From a virus (Duplodnaviria > Caudoviricetes), in the IMG/VR virus record IMGVR_UViG_3300049298_000033, positions 30,539 to 94,538 of that record: 64,000 nucleotides of DNA. One strand, 5' to 3'. Positions 46,553 to 55,680 of this stretch are shown piece after piece. The number at the start of each line of letters is the position of its first letter. Position 1 is the stretch's first letter. Below the pieces are notes generated by a model. It was not told the DNA's origin and ran no database searches. It saw only the letters and a list, made by a program, of their open reading frames with translations. A program made the position numbers and the translations under genes.

Positions 46553-46745
46553 GGCTAGTCAGTTCCTTCTGGTTGATTGGGCTGGTCAGTGCTTCGCATC
46601 GAGGACGGCGTGGACGACGGGAAGCGCGGCCTCGATCGCGACCTGGTCGTCACGTGGTGGTGGATGACCTCTGCGTGGACGCCAAGAAGGTTCGCGAGGC
46701 CATGTAGCGGCCATGGACGGTGACCCAGTAGGTGTTGGCCACAGC

Positions 46746-47051
46746 TCAGCCCTCGTCCATCAGGCTGCAGTAGACCCAGTTCAGGCTGTCCCAGATCTGG
46801 TGACCGCCCTGCTCATGGCGCGGGTCGAGACCATTCATGGACCCACACTCGCGATACAGCGTCATCGCGTCCTTGACGGGCAAGACGACGGTCATCTCGG
46901 TGTCGCAGCGGGCCGTGTTGACGGTGTTGACGTCCTCGATGATTCCGGCGATGACTCCGAAGGCGTCGTCGCGGACGACCGCAGTGAGCTCGGTGACTTC
47001 CTCGTCATCGTCGAAGCGGATGTTGGTGATGCGGAACTGGAGCTTGGCCAT
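46746..47051 (-). CDS. Hypothetical protein
   Basis: GGAGG RBS. Confidence 0.65.
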   Translation of the reverse strand: MAKLQFRITNIRFDDDEEVTELTAVVRDDAFGVIAGIIEDVNTVNTARCDTEMTVVLPVKDAMTLYRECGSMNGLDPRHEQGGHQIWDSLNWVYCSLMDEG

Positions 47052-47054
47052 GGG

Positions 47055-47264
47055 TCAGCCCTCCGGGGTTTCGTAGAGAGGCTGGTTGTAGGCGCTGGTG
47101 ATCCGGACCCGCACGCCGGTTGCCTCGAGCTCGTCACGGCGTTGCTCGGCCTCGGTGAGGTTCGTGACGGTTTCGCTGCCGCCGGTGGTGAGGTTCCGGA
47201 CGTAGCAGTGACGGTCGAACGCGCGCGTGTAGGCGCGGTCTGTGTCGAGATGGTTGCTGTCCAC
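47055..47264 (-). CDS. Small hypothetical protein
   Basis: Junction motif. Confidence 0.55.
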   Translation of the reverse strand: MDSNHLDTDRAYTRAFDRHCYVRNLTTGGSETVTNLTEAEQRRDELEATGVRVRITSAYNQPLYETPEG

Positions 47265-47267
47265 GGC

Positions 47268-47435
47268 TCAGCGCCCCGTCCATGGCTCTGGGAGGCGGGC
47301 CTGCTTGCACAGCCCGCGGACGACCTCGGCCACCTCTGATCTGGACCAATCGACGATCGTCTGAGACCCGCCGGTGGCCGTGATCGTGACTCGTACACCG
47401 TTGCGTTCCTGCTGAATGTTGATGTTGTGTGCCAC
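47268..47435 (-). CDS. 55-aa protein, tandem paralog 2
   Basis: ...VRGLCKQARLPEPW. Confidence 0.6.
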   Translation of the reverse strand: MAHNINIQQERNGVRVTITATGGSQTIVDWSRSEVAEVVRGLCKQARLPEPWTGR

Positions 47436-47438
47436 GGC

Positions 47439-47606
47439 TCAGCCCTTCTTCCAGGGCTCAGGGAGACCCGCGACGTGGCAGAACATCCTGACGAACTGCT
47501 CGGCCGCTCGAAGGTCGAAGTCCTCAGAGACGGCGCTCTTTCGGTCATCGGAGATCAGAGTGAGCGTGGCACCGTCACGCCGGGGCTGAATGTCGAAGGA
47601 CGCCAT
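47439..47606 (-). CDS. 55-aa protein, tandem paralog 1
   Basis: ...VRMFCHVAGLPEPW. Confidence 0.6.
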   Translation of the reverse strand: MASFDIQPRRDGATLTLISDDRKSAVSEDFDLRAAEQFVRMFCHVAGLPEPWKKG

Positions 47607-47609
47607 GGC

Positions 47610-47858
47610 TCAGGCCACCTCCAGGGTGTTGGTGAGGTGGCGGCGGCCAGCCTCAGTGATCGTGTACGTCGTGTGCACCGCACCGCGGTGAGCGGACAGG
47701 AACCCGTGCTCGGTGTTCTGGTTCAGCGCGGCGCGAATGTAGGAGTCCGGGACGTCCCGCAGGACACGGCGCACATCACCGGCAGTGAGCGGAGTGTCCT
47801 TGAAGACGGCCAGCACGGCGTTGTTCAGGTCGTTCCAGGTATCACTAGTAGAAGACAC
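47610..47858 (-). CDS. Winged-helix protein
   Basis: YTITEAGRRHL wing signature. Confidence 0.65.
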   Translation of the reverse strand: MSSTSDTWNDLNNAVLAVFKDTPLTAGDVRRVLRDVPDSYIRAALNQNTEHGFLSAHRGAVHTTYTITEAGRRHLTNTLEVA

Positions 47859-47891
47859 GGCAGGTGTCCTTTCGTGGGGGCGGTGTAGGGG

Positions 47892-49967
47892 TCAGGCGGC
47901 GCGTTCGTAGCGGCCGTAGCGGGGCTGGGTCAGGTAGCCGGCCGCGACAAGCTCCTTCAAGAGCTCGGCGACACGGCGATGCTTCAATCCGGTGTGCTCT
48001 TCGATCTCGCTGGGGCGTGTCGCGCCAAGCGCGACCGCTTCGAGTACTGCCTGCTGCGATGCACTGAGTTCCTCAGTCCGCGTCGGCCGATGTGGGGTAC
48101 GGACCTGTTCGGCCGTGAGTGCCCGCGGGAACTCGATGAGCTCACCGAGCTCCTCGTCGGTTGCCGCCGCGGTCGGTGCCGGACGGGTCAGGGCGACGGT
48201 CGGACGTGGCGCAACAACATCCGGGTCGAGGCCGTTCCGCATCGCCTCGACTCGGGCGCGGGCCAGGTCCCGTCGCTGTGCGGTTGCATCATCGACCTCA
48301 TCGAACAGAAACCCGCCACGGCTGCGTGCGAACGCGTTCGCTAGCAGTGGATCGATCTGCGGTGCAGGCTGGGCGGCGAGCCATCGGCCAGTAGCTTCGC
48401 TGTCATCTCCGGTATCACGGTTCCGGAACGGGGCGGTACGAGATCCATTCTCGGCGCTGCCCAGGATGTACCCATAACCGGGGATCTTCGGGAGGGTCTT
48501 CGGGTCGACATCAAGGCCCGGCATGAGGCCCTTCGTCTGGTTCGACGTGGACCGCAGAACGATGCCGTTACCTTCCATGATCGAAGAGCGGAGGGCTTCG
48601 TTGTTCCCAAACGTGACGAGGCCGGGATACTGCGACACGGTGAGCAACGCGAACCCGACCTTGCGGCCCTCGCGGGCGACATAGGAGGCTTTCGCGGCGG
48701 TCTCCTTGTCCGCGAACGGACGATGACACTCCTCGATGATGGTGAGGATCCCAGGCCGCTCGGAGGAAGCGGTGAAGCCGATCCAGCCCTCGGCGGCGTT
48801 CTCTTCGCCGCGGGCTGCGATACCCGCCAGAAGCGCCTCAAGGAGCATGTCGATGTTCACGCCCGGGATGAACACGCGCGCATTGTCGGCCAGCGCCGGC
48901 GACGACACACCACCCTGCGGGTCGACGTAGATGATGATGGTGTCGCCGCCGGACAGCGCGGAGATCGCAATGTTCTCCACGAGCCGAGACTTCCCGATAC
49001 CGGTACCGCCGATGATCACCCCAGACCACATGGAACCGGGCGTGTACAGCCGCCAGGACGCGTCCCCGGCGCCATCGGCGAAGGGGCCAAGGTTGAGCAT
49101 GCCGCCATCGCGACGCGGACCGGTGAAATTTACGTCCCCGGCGATCGGTGAGTTCGTGATGACCTGGAACCGGGCTCGGGCTGCGGACCGGCGCTGACCG
49201 GGAACCTTCGGCGGGCCTTCGAGGATGATCTCATCGACGTCCCGGTCGAGCCCGCCCGCGATCTTCTCCAGGTTCGCGAACGCTGTGGACAGGCTCTGCC
49301 GGCCGCGCCAGAACTCAAGTTCGAACGACTGCGTGTGCGGGGTGATCTGAGGGTTTACCAGCCGGGACTTCGGGAGCGGGCCGCCATCGCAGGCGACGTA
49401 CTGGTCCCAGTCCGCGACGATCTCGTCTATCTCGGTGATCTCCTCCTCTGCCGGCTCTTCAATCGCGTCCGGCAGCGGGCATCCGATCCGGTTCGCTCGC
49501 CACCAGGCCGCGCCGAACGCATAGTCCGCAGCGAGAAGAGCTCCGGCCTGTTCGATCGTCACTCCGAATGGTGTCGTCGCCAGCCAGGCGGACGCGAACA
49601 TGCCGGCGCCGAGGACACGGTTTGCCCAGCGAGGGCGCCGCCGGAGCATCGCCTTCCAGGCCGTAGCCGTCGTCATAGCGCCGCCCGCCGCAGTGACGAG
49701 CGCAAGCATCCACGCGGGCATGCCGCCGGGCGCGGCGATGGAGTGTGCCGCCAGGCCCGCACCTGCTACCCCGCCCGTAACGAGGTGGGGAACTATCTGC
49801 CGGCGCAGCCGCCACAGCGTGGACGTCAGGTCACGCTGGGTTTTCACGAAGATCCCGGAAGACTCCCAGCGCTTCGCCGTGTCGAGCGGCGTGGATCGGG
49901 TGTCGTTGTTGGAGTCGTGCCGAATGTCGTCGCCGGTGGCCTGCGGTGGCGTCTGCTGGTCCAACAT
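47892..49967 (-). CDS. traB: TraB-like FtsK/SpoIIIE conjugative DNA translocase
   Basis: N-terminal TM helices, Walker A GGTGIGKS, Walker B IIEECH, REGRKVG, SQYP, PGYGY, C-terminal winged helix. Confidence 0.85.
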   Translation of the reverse strand: MLDQQTPPQATGDDIRHDSNNDTRSTPLDTAKRWESSGIFVKTQRDLTSTLWRLRRQIVPHLVTGGVAGAGLAAHSIAAPGGMPAWMLALVTAAGGAMTTATAWKAMLRRRPRWANRVLGAGMFASAWLATTPFGVTIEQAGALLAADYAFGAAWWRANRIGCPLPDAIEEPAEEEITEIDEIVADWDQYVACDGGPLPKSRLVNPQITPHTQSFELEFWRGRQSLSTAFANLEKIAGGLDRDVDEIILEGPPKVPGQRRSAARARFQVITNSPIAGDVNFTGPRRDGGMLNLGPFADGAGDASWRLYTPGSMWSGVIIGGTGIGKSRLVENIAISALSGGDTIIIYVDPQGGVSSPALADNARVFIPGVNIDMLLEALLAGIAARGEENAAEGWIGFTASSERPGILTIIEECHRPFADKETAAKASYVAREGRKVGFALLTVSQYPGLVTFGNNEALRSSIMEGNGIVLRSTSNQTKGLMPGLDVDPKTLPKIPGYGYILGSAENGSRTAPFRNRDTGDDSEATGRWLAAQPAPQIDPLLANAFARSRGGFLFDEVDDATAQRRDLARARVEAMRNGLDPDVVAPRPTVALTRPAPTAAATDEELGELIEFPRALTAEQVRTPHRPTRTEELSASQQAVLEAVALGATRPSEIEEHTGLKHRRVAELLKELVAAGYLTQPRYGRYERAA

Positions 49968-50071
49968 CGGCTCCTCCGTTCTTTCAGGTCGATTGGCGGG
50001 TGGCGGGTCAGGGATCCCCGCGGCCCTGCGTCCGCGGGTGACCCTCACGCTCCACACGGAACGTGGCGTGG

Positions 50072-51229
50072 TTACTCGGAAGTCGCGAACTGCTTGTTAC
50101 CGGCGTCCGGGTTGGCGCTGTACGCCTCCGTGACGTTCAGGTGGGAGGTGAGTTCCTCGCCGGCCGTCTCGAAGCAGGCCTGCGCGAGCTTCAGGTACTC
50201 CTTGCCCTGCGTCATCGGGTCGGTGACGGACGCGCCGACCTCGCCGTTCTGCAGCGCGGCAATGGACTGCTCCACGCTCGTGGCGCCCTCCTCACACGTC
50301 TTCGCCATGGCCTCGTTGTAGGCGATACCGGACTGGTTTCCGGTGGTCTCGATCGTGGTGGTCACGTCGGTCTCCTCCTCGGGTGTGGTTGAACCGCCAG
50401 ATGCTCTGGCGGGGTCCTGGGTGGCCTGGTCGGCGAGCTGCCGGACCTGCTCGTCGTGCTGTTCTCGGGGAGTTGAGCTACGCGGGATCTGCGGGCAGTC
50501 GTCTCTGGCGTGATCGACACCCACAACCCACTGGCCGGGCCGTTGCTGGTCTTTCGTGAGCGTGATCGGCCCGCTGCAGTCTCGGCAGCGACTGCTCTTC
50601 TGGTACTCGAGCAGGTGCGGCGGGGGCTGGTCCGGGTCAATCTCCCGGTGGTATCGGGCCTCCCACGCATTGCAGACGTGGGCTGCCTCGGCCATAGAGA
50701 TATCGAGCTCATCGGCGAGCGCCACTGGGGTCGACGGCTGGCCGCCGTTGCGGCGGCGTATCGCATACCGCTGGTACAGCGATTCCCGCATCCCGCCAAG
50801 GACGTAGGTGTCTTCGTCATGTACGACCGGCGCCGGAGGTGCCGGCTCGGACGGCTGGGCCGTCTCGCCCGGAACGTCAGGAGCTGCGACGGCGGGTGTC
50901 GTGAGGGCTTCCTCCGGTCGTGCATTGGTCTGCACGGGAGCGGGAGCAGCGCCGTCTTCTGTCGCCCACTTTTCGTGGCGTTTCTGGGTGCGCTTCCCGG
51001 CCCACCGGGCGCGCCGTTCCTCGGCGGTTTCCCATGCATCGTTGTAAGCGTTCCGGAAGAACTTCCGATGCCCGCGGTTCGCGGTTATCGGACGATTCGC
51101 TTCACGCCGCCTGATGCGTTCCTGTTCGCGAATGAACGACGGCGGAATCCGGCCGGTGATCGCATAGATCAGGTCCTGCGTCGTGTTCCGCACGCAGTAG
51201 TAGGCGAAGATCACGATGAGGAGGGCCAT
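50072..51229 (-). CDS. AICE-type transfer-region protein; probable internal start at 50365 (helical ~97-aa domain)
   Basis: N-terminal TM, Pro-rich linker; GAGGAGGAG before in-frame GTG. Confidence 0.65.
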   Translation of the reverse strand: MALLIVIFAYYCVRNTTQDLIYAITGRIPPSFIREQERIRRREANRPITANRGHRKFFRNAYNDAWETAEERRARWAGKRTQKRHEKWATEDGAAPAPVQTNARPEEALTTPAVAAPDVPGETAQPSEPAPPAPVVHDEDTYVLGGMRESLYQRYAIRRRNGGQPSTPVALADELDISMAEAAHVCNAWEARYHREIDPDQPPPHLLEYQKSSRCRDCSGPITLTKDQQRPGQWVVGVDHARDDCPQIPRSSTPREQHDEQVRQLADQATQDPARASGGSTTPEEETDVTTTIETTGNQSGIAYNEAMAKTCEEGATSVEQSIAALQNGEVGASVTDPMTQGKEYLKLAQACFETAGEELTSHLNVTEAYSANPDAGNKQFATSE

Positions 51230-51675
51230 TAGCCGTGGCCGCCCATCTTCACAACCTGCGTGTGCAGACGCTGATACGTCTGATGCACTGCGTTACCGCC
51301 TGTGGCTCCGATCGAGCCGGCGATGACCAGCGCCAGCATCGTCGGCGCGAGGATGGCTGAGAACTGGGCAGCGTTGTCGGCGCGACGGTCGAACGCGATG
51401 TCCGCGACGGCGACACCGGCCGCGGCGATAGTCAGCGCCAGCGGGATCCCGATCTTCAGGGCTGTGGACATTCCCGACACCCAGTCGACGCTCCAGGCGA
51501 GGAAGTCGCCGAGGAACGTGTACGCCATGCCGAGCCCGGCGATGAGCGAGACGAGCATGACGATGACCGACACGGCGGTCTGGCCTCGTCCGCGCGCGTT
51601 GACGCGCTTGTTGATCACCCACCGGAGCGCGAGCGCCGGGAGCATGAGCGCGAACCCTTCCAAGTGCAGATGCAT
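51229..51675 (-). CDS. Membrane protein (Spd-like)
   Basis: About 4 TM helices; upstream of TraB. Confidence 0.7.
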   Translation of the reverse strand: MHLHLEGFALMLPALALRWVINKRVNARGRGQTAVSVIVMLVSLIAGLGMAYTFLGDFLAWSVDWVSGMSTALKIGIPLALTIAAAGVAVADIAFDRRADNAAQFSAILAPTMLALVIAGSIGATGGNAVHQTYQRLHTQVVKMGGHG

Positions 51676-51694
51676 TGTCCTTCTCCTTCCTGTG

Positions 51695-52144
51695 TTAAAT
51701 GAGCCAGCTCACCGGCGGGAACTGGGCGAGGACGAACAGCAGCGCGCTGGCGGCGATGAGCCGGGTCGGGCGCTTGACGATCCACTTGAGGTACTCGGCG
51801 ACTGTGACGATCGGTATGACGACGAGCAGGGAGTAGACCTGGCCGGCGGTGCGGGGGATGCCGTCCTTGGACGTCCACTCGCCGCGGCACGCGTAGGCCC
51901 ACTCCTGCTCGAGGGGTTCGCTGCCGTCTGTCCAGACCGCAGGCGGAGTGATCCAGTCCTTGAACCACTCCCACACATCCCAGAAGCCGTCACTCTCGGT
52001 CACTGCACTCTGTGGGTCGGACTGTGCGGTAGACTCAGTCCTCTCGCGCGCAGGTGCGCGCACGGACGCGTGGACCCCGTTCGAGGGCGCGTCTCCCCGC
52101 TGGTCCGCACTGTGCAGTGCACTGTGACTGTCCGTCACGGTCAT
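51695..52144 (-). CDS. Membrane protein
   Basis: Two C-terminal hydrophobic segments; W...RP.R. Confidence 0.7.
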   Translation of the reverse strand: MTVTDSHSALHSADQRGDAPSNGVHASVRAPARERTESTAQSDPQSAVTESDGFWDVWEWFKDWITPPAVWTDGSEPLEQEWAYACRGEWTSKDGIPRTAGQVYSLLVVIPIVTVAEYLKWIVKRPTRLIAASALLFVLAQFPPVSWLI

Positions 52145-52404
52145 GCCGCTACCTCCTTCAGGTTCAGAATCCGGTCGCCGGCGTCCGTGAGCCCATCGAC
52201 GACCTCGGTAGCGACGTCCACACGGCCTGGCTGGCGGGCCAACGCTGCCCGCACGTAGTCCGCTGCGGCATTCACCCGGTCGCGAGGATCGGTGAGGTCG
52301 GCGAGCTCGGCGTCGAGGCGCTGCCGCAGCCGCTGAGCGCTGACGGCCCGCTTCAGGGGCTTGCCCTTATCCCGCCGCCTACCGGCCATCGCTGGACTCC
52401 TCAC
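52141..52404 (-). CDS. Small helical protein
   Basis: ATGA overlap. Confidence 0.6.
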   Translation of the reverse strand: MRSPAMAGRRRDKGKPLKRAVSAQRLRQRLDAELADLTDPRDRVNAAADYVRAALARQPGRVDVATEVVDGLTDAGDRILNLKEVAA

Positions 52405-52606
52405 CGTGCGCTGGCTTCGGCTTCATGTAGGTCTGGTAGATCCAGGCGCCGACCACGACGAAGGCGACGACGACCAGGAAGCCGACGAACTTCATGTAGG
52501 TGTTCAGGTCCCATCCCGTGGCCGTCGCGAACACTCCACCGAAGACAGCCCCGGTGATGGCCGCCGCTACCGCGGTCGTTACGGCTGGTCTGATGTTGGA
52601 GCTCAT
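52379..52606 (-). CDS. Small 2-TM membrane protein
   Basis: Hydrophobic helices; GAGGA RBS. Confidence 0.65.
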   Translation of the reverse strand: MSSNIRPAVTTAVAAAITGAVFGGVFATATGWDLNTYMKFVGFLVVVAFVVVGAWIYQTYMKPKPAHGEESSDGR

Positions 52607-52608
52607 CG

Positions 52609-53090
52609 GGTTCCTCGATTCGGTTCACGGCAGGTTCGCGGTTCAGGGTGGTTCAGGTTCACGAGGCGGCTGCCTGGTTCGTGAGTTTCCGTGCTTCTAC
52701 GAGGCGGTTGTAGGCGGTCGTCTTCGTGAACCCGCACCGGTCGCGAACCACGCCCAAGGTGACGGCGTCGTAGCCGAGCTCGTCGATCAGGTCGCGAACC
52801 TGCTGAACCTCAGCGGCCTTCTTGCGCGCCCTGTCGCCGAAGCTGGTGGCGGTCGGCTTGGTTCGCTGCGGTTCCTGAACCTCGGGGTTTGGAACCTGCT
52901 GGTTCGCCGGTTCGTGAACCTCGGGTTCTTGAACCTCGACTCGCTGGTTCGCGGGTTCGGGTTCACGCGGTTCGCGTTGGTTCAGGTTCGCGGGTTCATC
53001 AGCATCGTGAACAGGGACATCGTGAACCTTCGGCTCCTCCGGTTCGCGAACTTGCTGAACCTCGGGTTCGTGAACCGGTTCGCTGGTTCG
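52609..53090. repeat. Dense GGTTC/GAACC repeat field (candidate clt/TraB or centromere-like binding locus)
   Basis: About 23 GGTTC plus 11 GAACC by manual count; extends beyond stop codon. Confidence 0.75.
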
Positions 53091-53852
53091 CGCAGAGAAC
53101 AGATCGTCGCCAACCGCGATCTCGCGGAGCGACGCCTCATCCTCGCCCGTGACCTTCTCGGCCTGGCCCCGGGCGGACACCGCGAACACGGTCGCGACGA
53201 TGAACGAGAAGAACGCGAACGCTGCGGCTCCGGCAGCGCAGATCGCACCGATCACGTTGCCGCCGTAGACGTTCGCTCCCATCGATGCCGCGAGAGGCGT
53301 GATCATCAACGCCCACAAGGCGACGTCCTGCCATGCCTTGACCTTCCCGCCATGCTGAGCCAGGTCGGACTTGGCGAGGATCACGACGGTCGCGAGCCCG
53401 GTGAGGCCGATCTCGGCGATGTACCCCGAACCCTTCGGGATGTTGTCGTACTCGCCGGCCAGGTGCTCCAGTCCGCGAGCCGACCCGAACGCCAACACGA
53501 CCGACGTGGCGAGCGACAGACGCATATACCGAATTCGGCTGGCATGCAGCGCGAGAACAGACCGGGCGGCCGATGAGGCTTCTCGTGCTTCCTGCAATGC
53601 CTCAAGCGCTTTTTCGGCATGCGAGGCACGTCGGTCCTCGACGCGGTGACGGCGACGAGTGCGGCCGTGCTCGGCATCCAATGCCATTCGGTGCTGAATG
53701 TCCCGGAGCCGGTCGGCGTGGGGGCGTACTGCGGGATTAGTGCGCGGGTCCGCGAGCCGTTCCTGACCCGGAATGCGGGCAAGGTCTTCGGCTTTCGATG
53801 TTTGGTCCTGAACGGACGAGACAACGTTAGGTATTTGCCTACGGAACTTCAT
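52659..53852 (-). CDS. SpdB-like spread protein (TM domain, repeat region, C-terminal HTH)
   Basis: About 4 TM helices, EPEV/EPAN repeats, C-terminal GFTKTTAY HTH-like. Confidence 0.7.
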   Translation of the reverse strand: MKFRRQIPNVVSSVQDQTSKAEDLARIPGQERLADPRTNPAVRPHADRLRDIQHRMALDAEHGRTRRRHRVEDRRASHAEKALEALQEAREASSAARSVLALHASRIRYMRLSLATSVVLAFGSARGLEHLAGEYDNIPKGSGYIAEIGLTGLATVVILAKSDLAQHGGKVKAWQDVALWALMITPLAASMGANVYGGNVIGAICAAGAAAFAFFSFIVATVFAVSARGQAEKVTGEDEASLREIAVGDDLFSARTSEPVHEPEVQQVREPEEPKVHDVPVHDADEPANLNQREPREPEPANQRVEVQEPEVHEPANQQVPNPEVQEPQRTKPTATSFGDRARKKAAEVQQVRDLIDELGYDAVTLGVVRDRCGFTKTTAYNRLVEARKLTNQAAAS

Positions 53853-54295
53853 GCCGCCACCGCCATCCGGTCGTTCCGGCGCCCTTCGGTGTTCCGGCAG
53901 GACGCACACTTGCCCGTGCGCCCGTTCTTCGTCTTCGGGTTCCGGTGGAAAGCCGACAGCGGCTTAATCTGCTCGCACTTTACGCACCGCTGGTGCCCGT
54001 CCGCGACAGGCTCCCGGCGCTCCTGGGCGAGCCGGCGGCGTTCCCGCTCGGACATGCCGCCCCAAATCCCGTACCGCTCGTCGTTGCGCAGTGCGTAGTC
54101 GAGGCATTCCGTGCGGACCTCGCATTTGCGACACACAGCTTTGGCGGCACGAGTCGAGCCGCCCTTCTCCGGGAAGAACGACTCAGGATCCGTCTCGGTG
54201 CAGCGGCTCTGCGCCATCCACGGTTCGGTGTCGACGAGGTCCTCGCGGTCGGGACGGTACAGCGCCTCCGCGCGGCGGATCTGGCGGGCGGTCAT
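53849..54295 (-). CDS. whiB: WhiB family transcription factor with extra C-terminal Zn finger
   Basis: C..DPE.FFP, CxxC, C, GIWGG. Confidence 0.93.
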   Translation of the reverse strand: MTARQIRRAEALYRPDREDLVDTEPWMAQSRCTETDPESFFPEKGGSTRAAKAVCRKCEVRTECLDYALRNDERYGIWGGMSERERRRLAQERREPVADGHQRCVKCEQIKPLSAFHRNPKTKNGRTGKCASCRNTEGRRNDRMAVAA

Positions 54296-54297
54296 GA

Positions 54298-54738
54298 TCA
54301 GACCTCTTCGTTGGCTCGGTCGGGTTCAAGCTCGGCGTCGAGGGCGGCAAGCCACTCTTCGTCGGAGTCGGACAGGAGGTGGGTCATGGAGTCGGGGTGG
54401 CCGGGAGGCGGCTCGTCGTCGCGGCGGATGATGCTGCAGCGGCTGCAGGACTCCAGGGCCGGGTTGATGCGGCGGTCGTCGTCCGCGGACATGCGGAACC
54501 ACCGGTGCCCGTACTGCTTGCAGTCCTGCTTGCCGACGCACACGGAACAGAGCATGTGGTGGCGTCCGTCGACCTGACGGGTGATCCGCCACTCGTAGTC
54601 GTTGGTGAGTTCTTGGATCGCGAGGGTGTGGGAGATGAACAGGGGGAGGGTGTCGGTGACGCCTTCCCACCAGTCGGGTCCGCATCCGTCGCAGACGACG
54701 GCGAAGAGGATGGTCTTCTCGAACGGCATCGGGTTCAC
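54298..54738 (-). CDS. Cys-rich hypothetical protein
   Basis: Multiple CxxC. Confidence 0.65.
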   Translation of the reverse strand: MNPMPFEKTILFAVVCDGCGPDWWEGVTDTLPLFISHTLAIQELTNDYEWRITRQVDGRHHMLCSVCVGKQDCKQYGHRWFRMSADDDRRINPALESCSRCSIIRRDDEPPPGHPDSMTHLLSDSDEEWLAALDAELEPDRANEEV

Positions 54739-54832
54739 CTCCCGCTGGTGCTGGTCTGGTTGGTGGCCTGCTCGAGCTGGCGGAGCAGGAACTGCTGGTC
54801 GACCTGGTGGCCGACGAGGTCCGTGTACGCGG

Positions 54833-54994
54833 TCATGACGCCACCGCCTGGCCAGTCAGCTCGACGCGTTCCGCTTTCAGCCGGGCGAGCGTGCTGTCCT
54901 GGTTGAGGACGTCACCGAGGTCGTGCATGTGCTCGCGGAGCCATTGGCAGCGGTCGATGTCCGCATCGATGTCGGCGAGAGTGCGTGTGCTCAT
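54833..54994 (-). CDS. 53-aa hypothetical
   Basis: ATGA overlaps. Confidence 0.5.
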   Translation of the reverse strand: MSTRTLADIDADIDRCQWLREHMHDLGDVLNQDSTLARLKAERVELTGQAVAS

Positions 54995-55320
54995 AGGTCA
55001 TCACCGGCCTCACGGAACTCTGCGAGCATCTCGGTGACGTCGACACAGTCCTCGTAGCGGGCCGGGGGCCGGTTCTGCGAGTCGCGCATCGCCTGCTGGT
55101 ACTCGGGGATGAGACGCAGCCTGACCGTCAGCTTGAGGGACTCGGCGAAGGCCACCAGCGGGGCGTTGTCGCCCGTGTCGTTGGCTGCGGCGACTGCACG
55201 GATCAGGTTCTGGAAGATGCCGCGGCGTTCATCCTCGTTGAGGACGTCGTCGTACAGGCGCATCGCCTTGACGACGGCGGGGTGGTCGTCCGGGACGACA
55301 TGCCACTCGGCGCTGCTCAT
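54991..55320 (-). CDS. Hypothetical protein
   Basis: ATGA overlap. Confidence 0.65.
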   Translation of the reverse strand: MSSAEWHVVPDDHPAVVKAMRLYDDVLNEDERRGIFQNLIRAVAAANDTGDNAPLVAFAESLKLTVRLRLIPEYQQAMRDSQNRPPARYEDCVDVTEMLAEFREAGDDL

Positions 55321-55577
55321 CGAGTGTCACCGTCCTGGCCGCTGCTCGGAGCGGAGATCACCTGGATGCCGGTGCGCATCTTGAGGTACTCGCGGCGCTC
55401 GGCACGTGACTCGCGCATGTCGAGGACGAACGCCACCGCGAGGATGATTGCGCAGACGACGCCGATCGCTGTGCCCATCGGGCCGGACGGCGACGGCATG
55501 ACCGCAATAGCGATACCGGCGACCATGAACACAAAAGCGACAATGATCCTGAGGATGGTTGCGGTCATGGTCGTCAC
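55317..55577 (-). CDS. Small 2-TM membrane protein
   Basis: Hydrophobic helices. Confidence 0.65.
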   Translation of the reverse strand: MTTMTATILRIIVAFVFMVAGIAIAVMPSPSGPMGTAIGVVCAIILAVAFVLDMRESRAERREYLKMRTGIQVISAPSSGQDGDTR

Positions 55578-55680
55578 CGCCCGCCCTGGTTCTGGAGCTT
55601 GTCGTACTGGTCGCGGAGGTCCTGGTTCTCGTCGCTGTCAAAGTCCCGGCCGACGTGGACGATGAGAGGGAGGGGACGCA

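Noticed and set aside
47892-51229. Type VII secretion or chromosomal FtsK
   Set aside because: Single ATPase domain with C-terminal wHTH and Spd-like neighbours fits TraB better; no other Ecc components.
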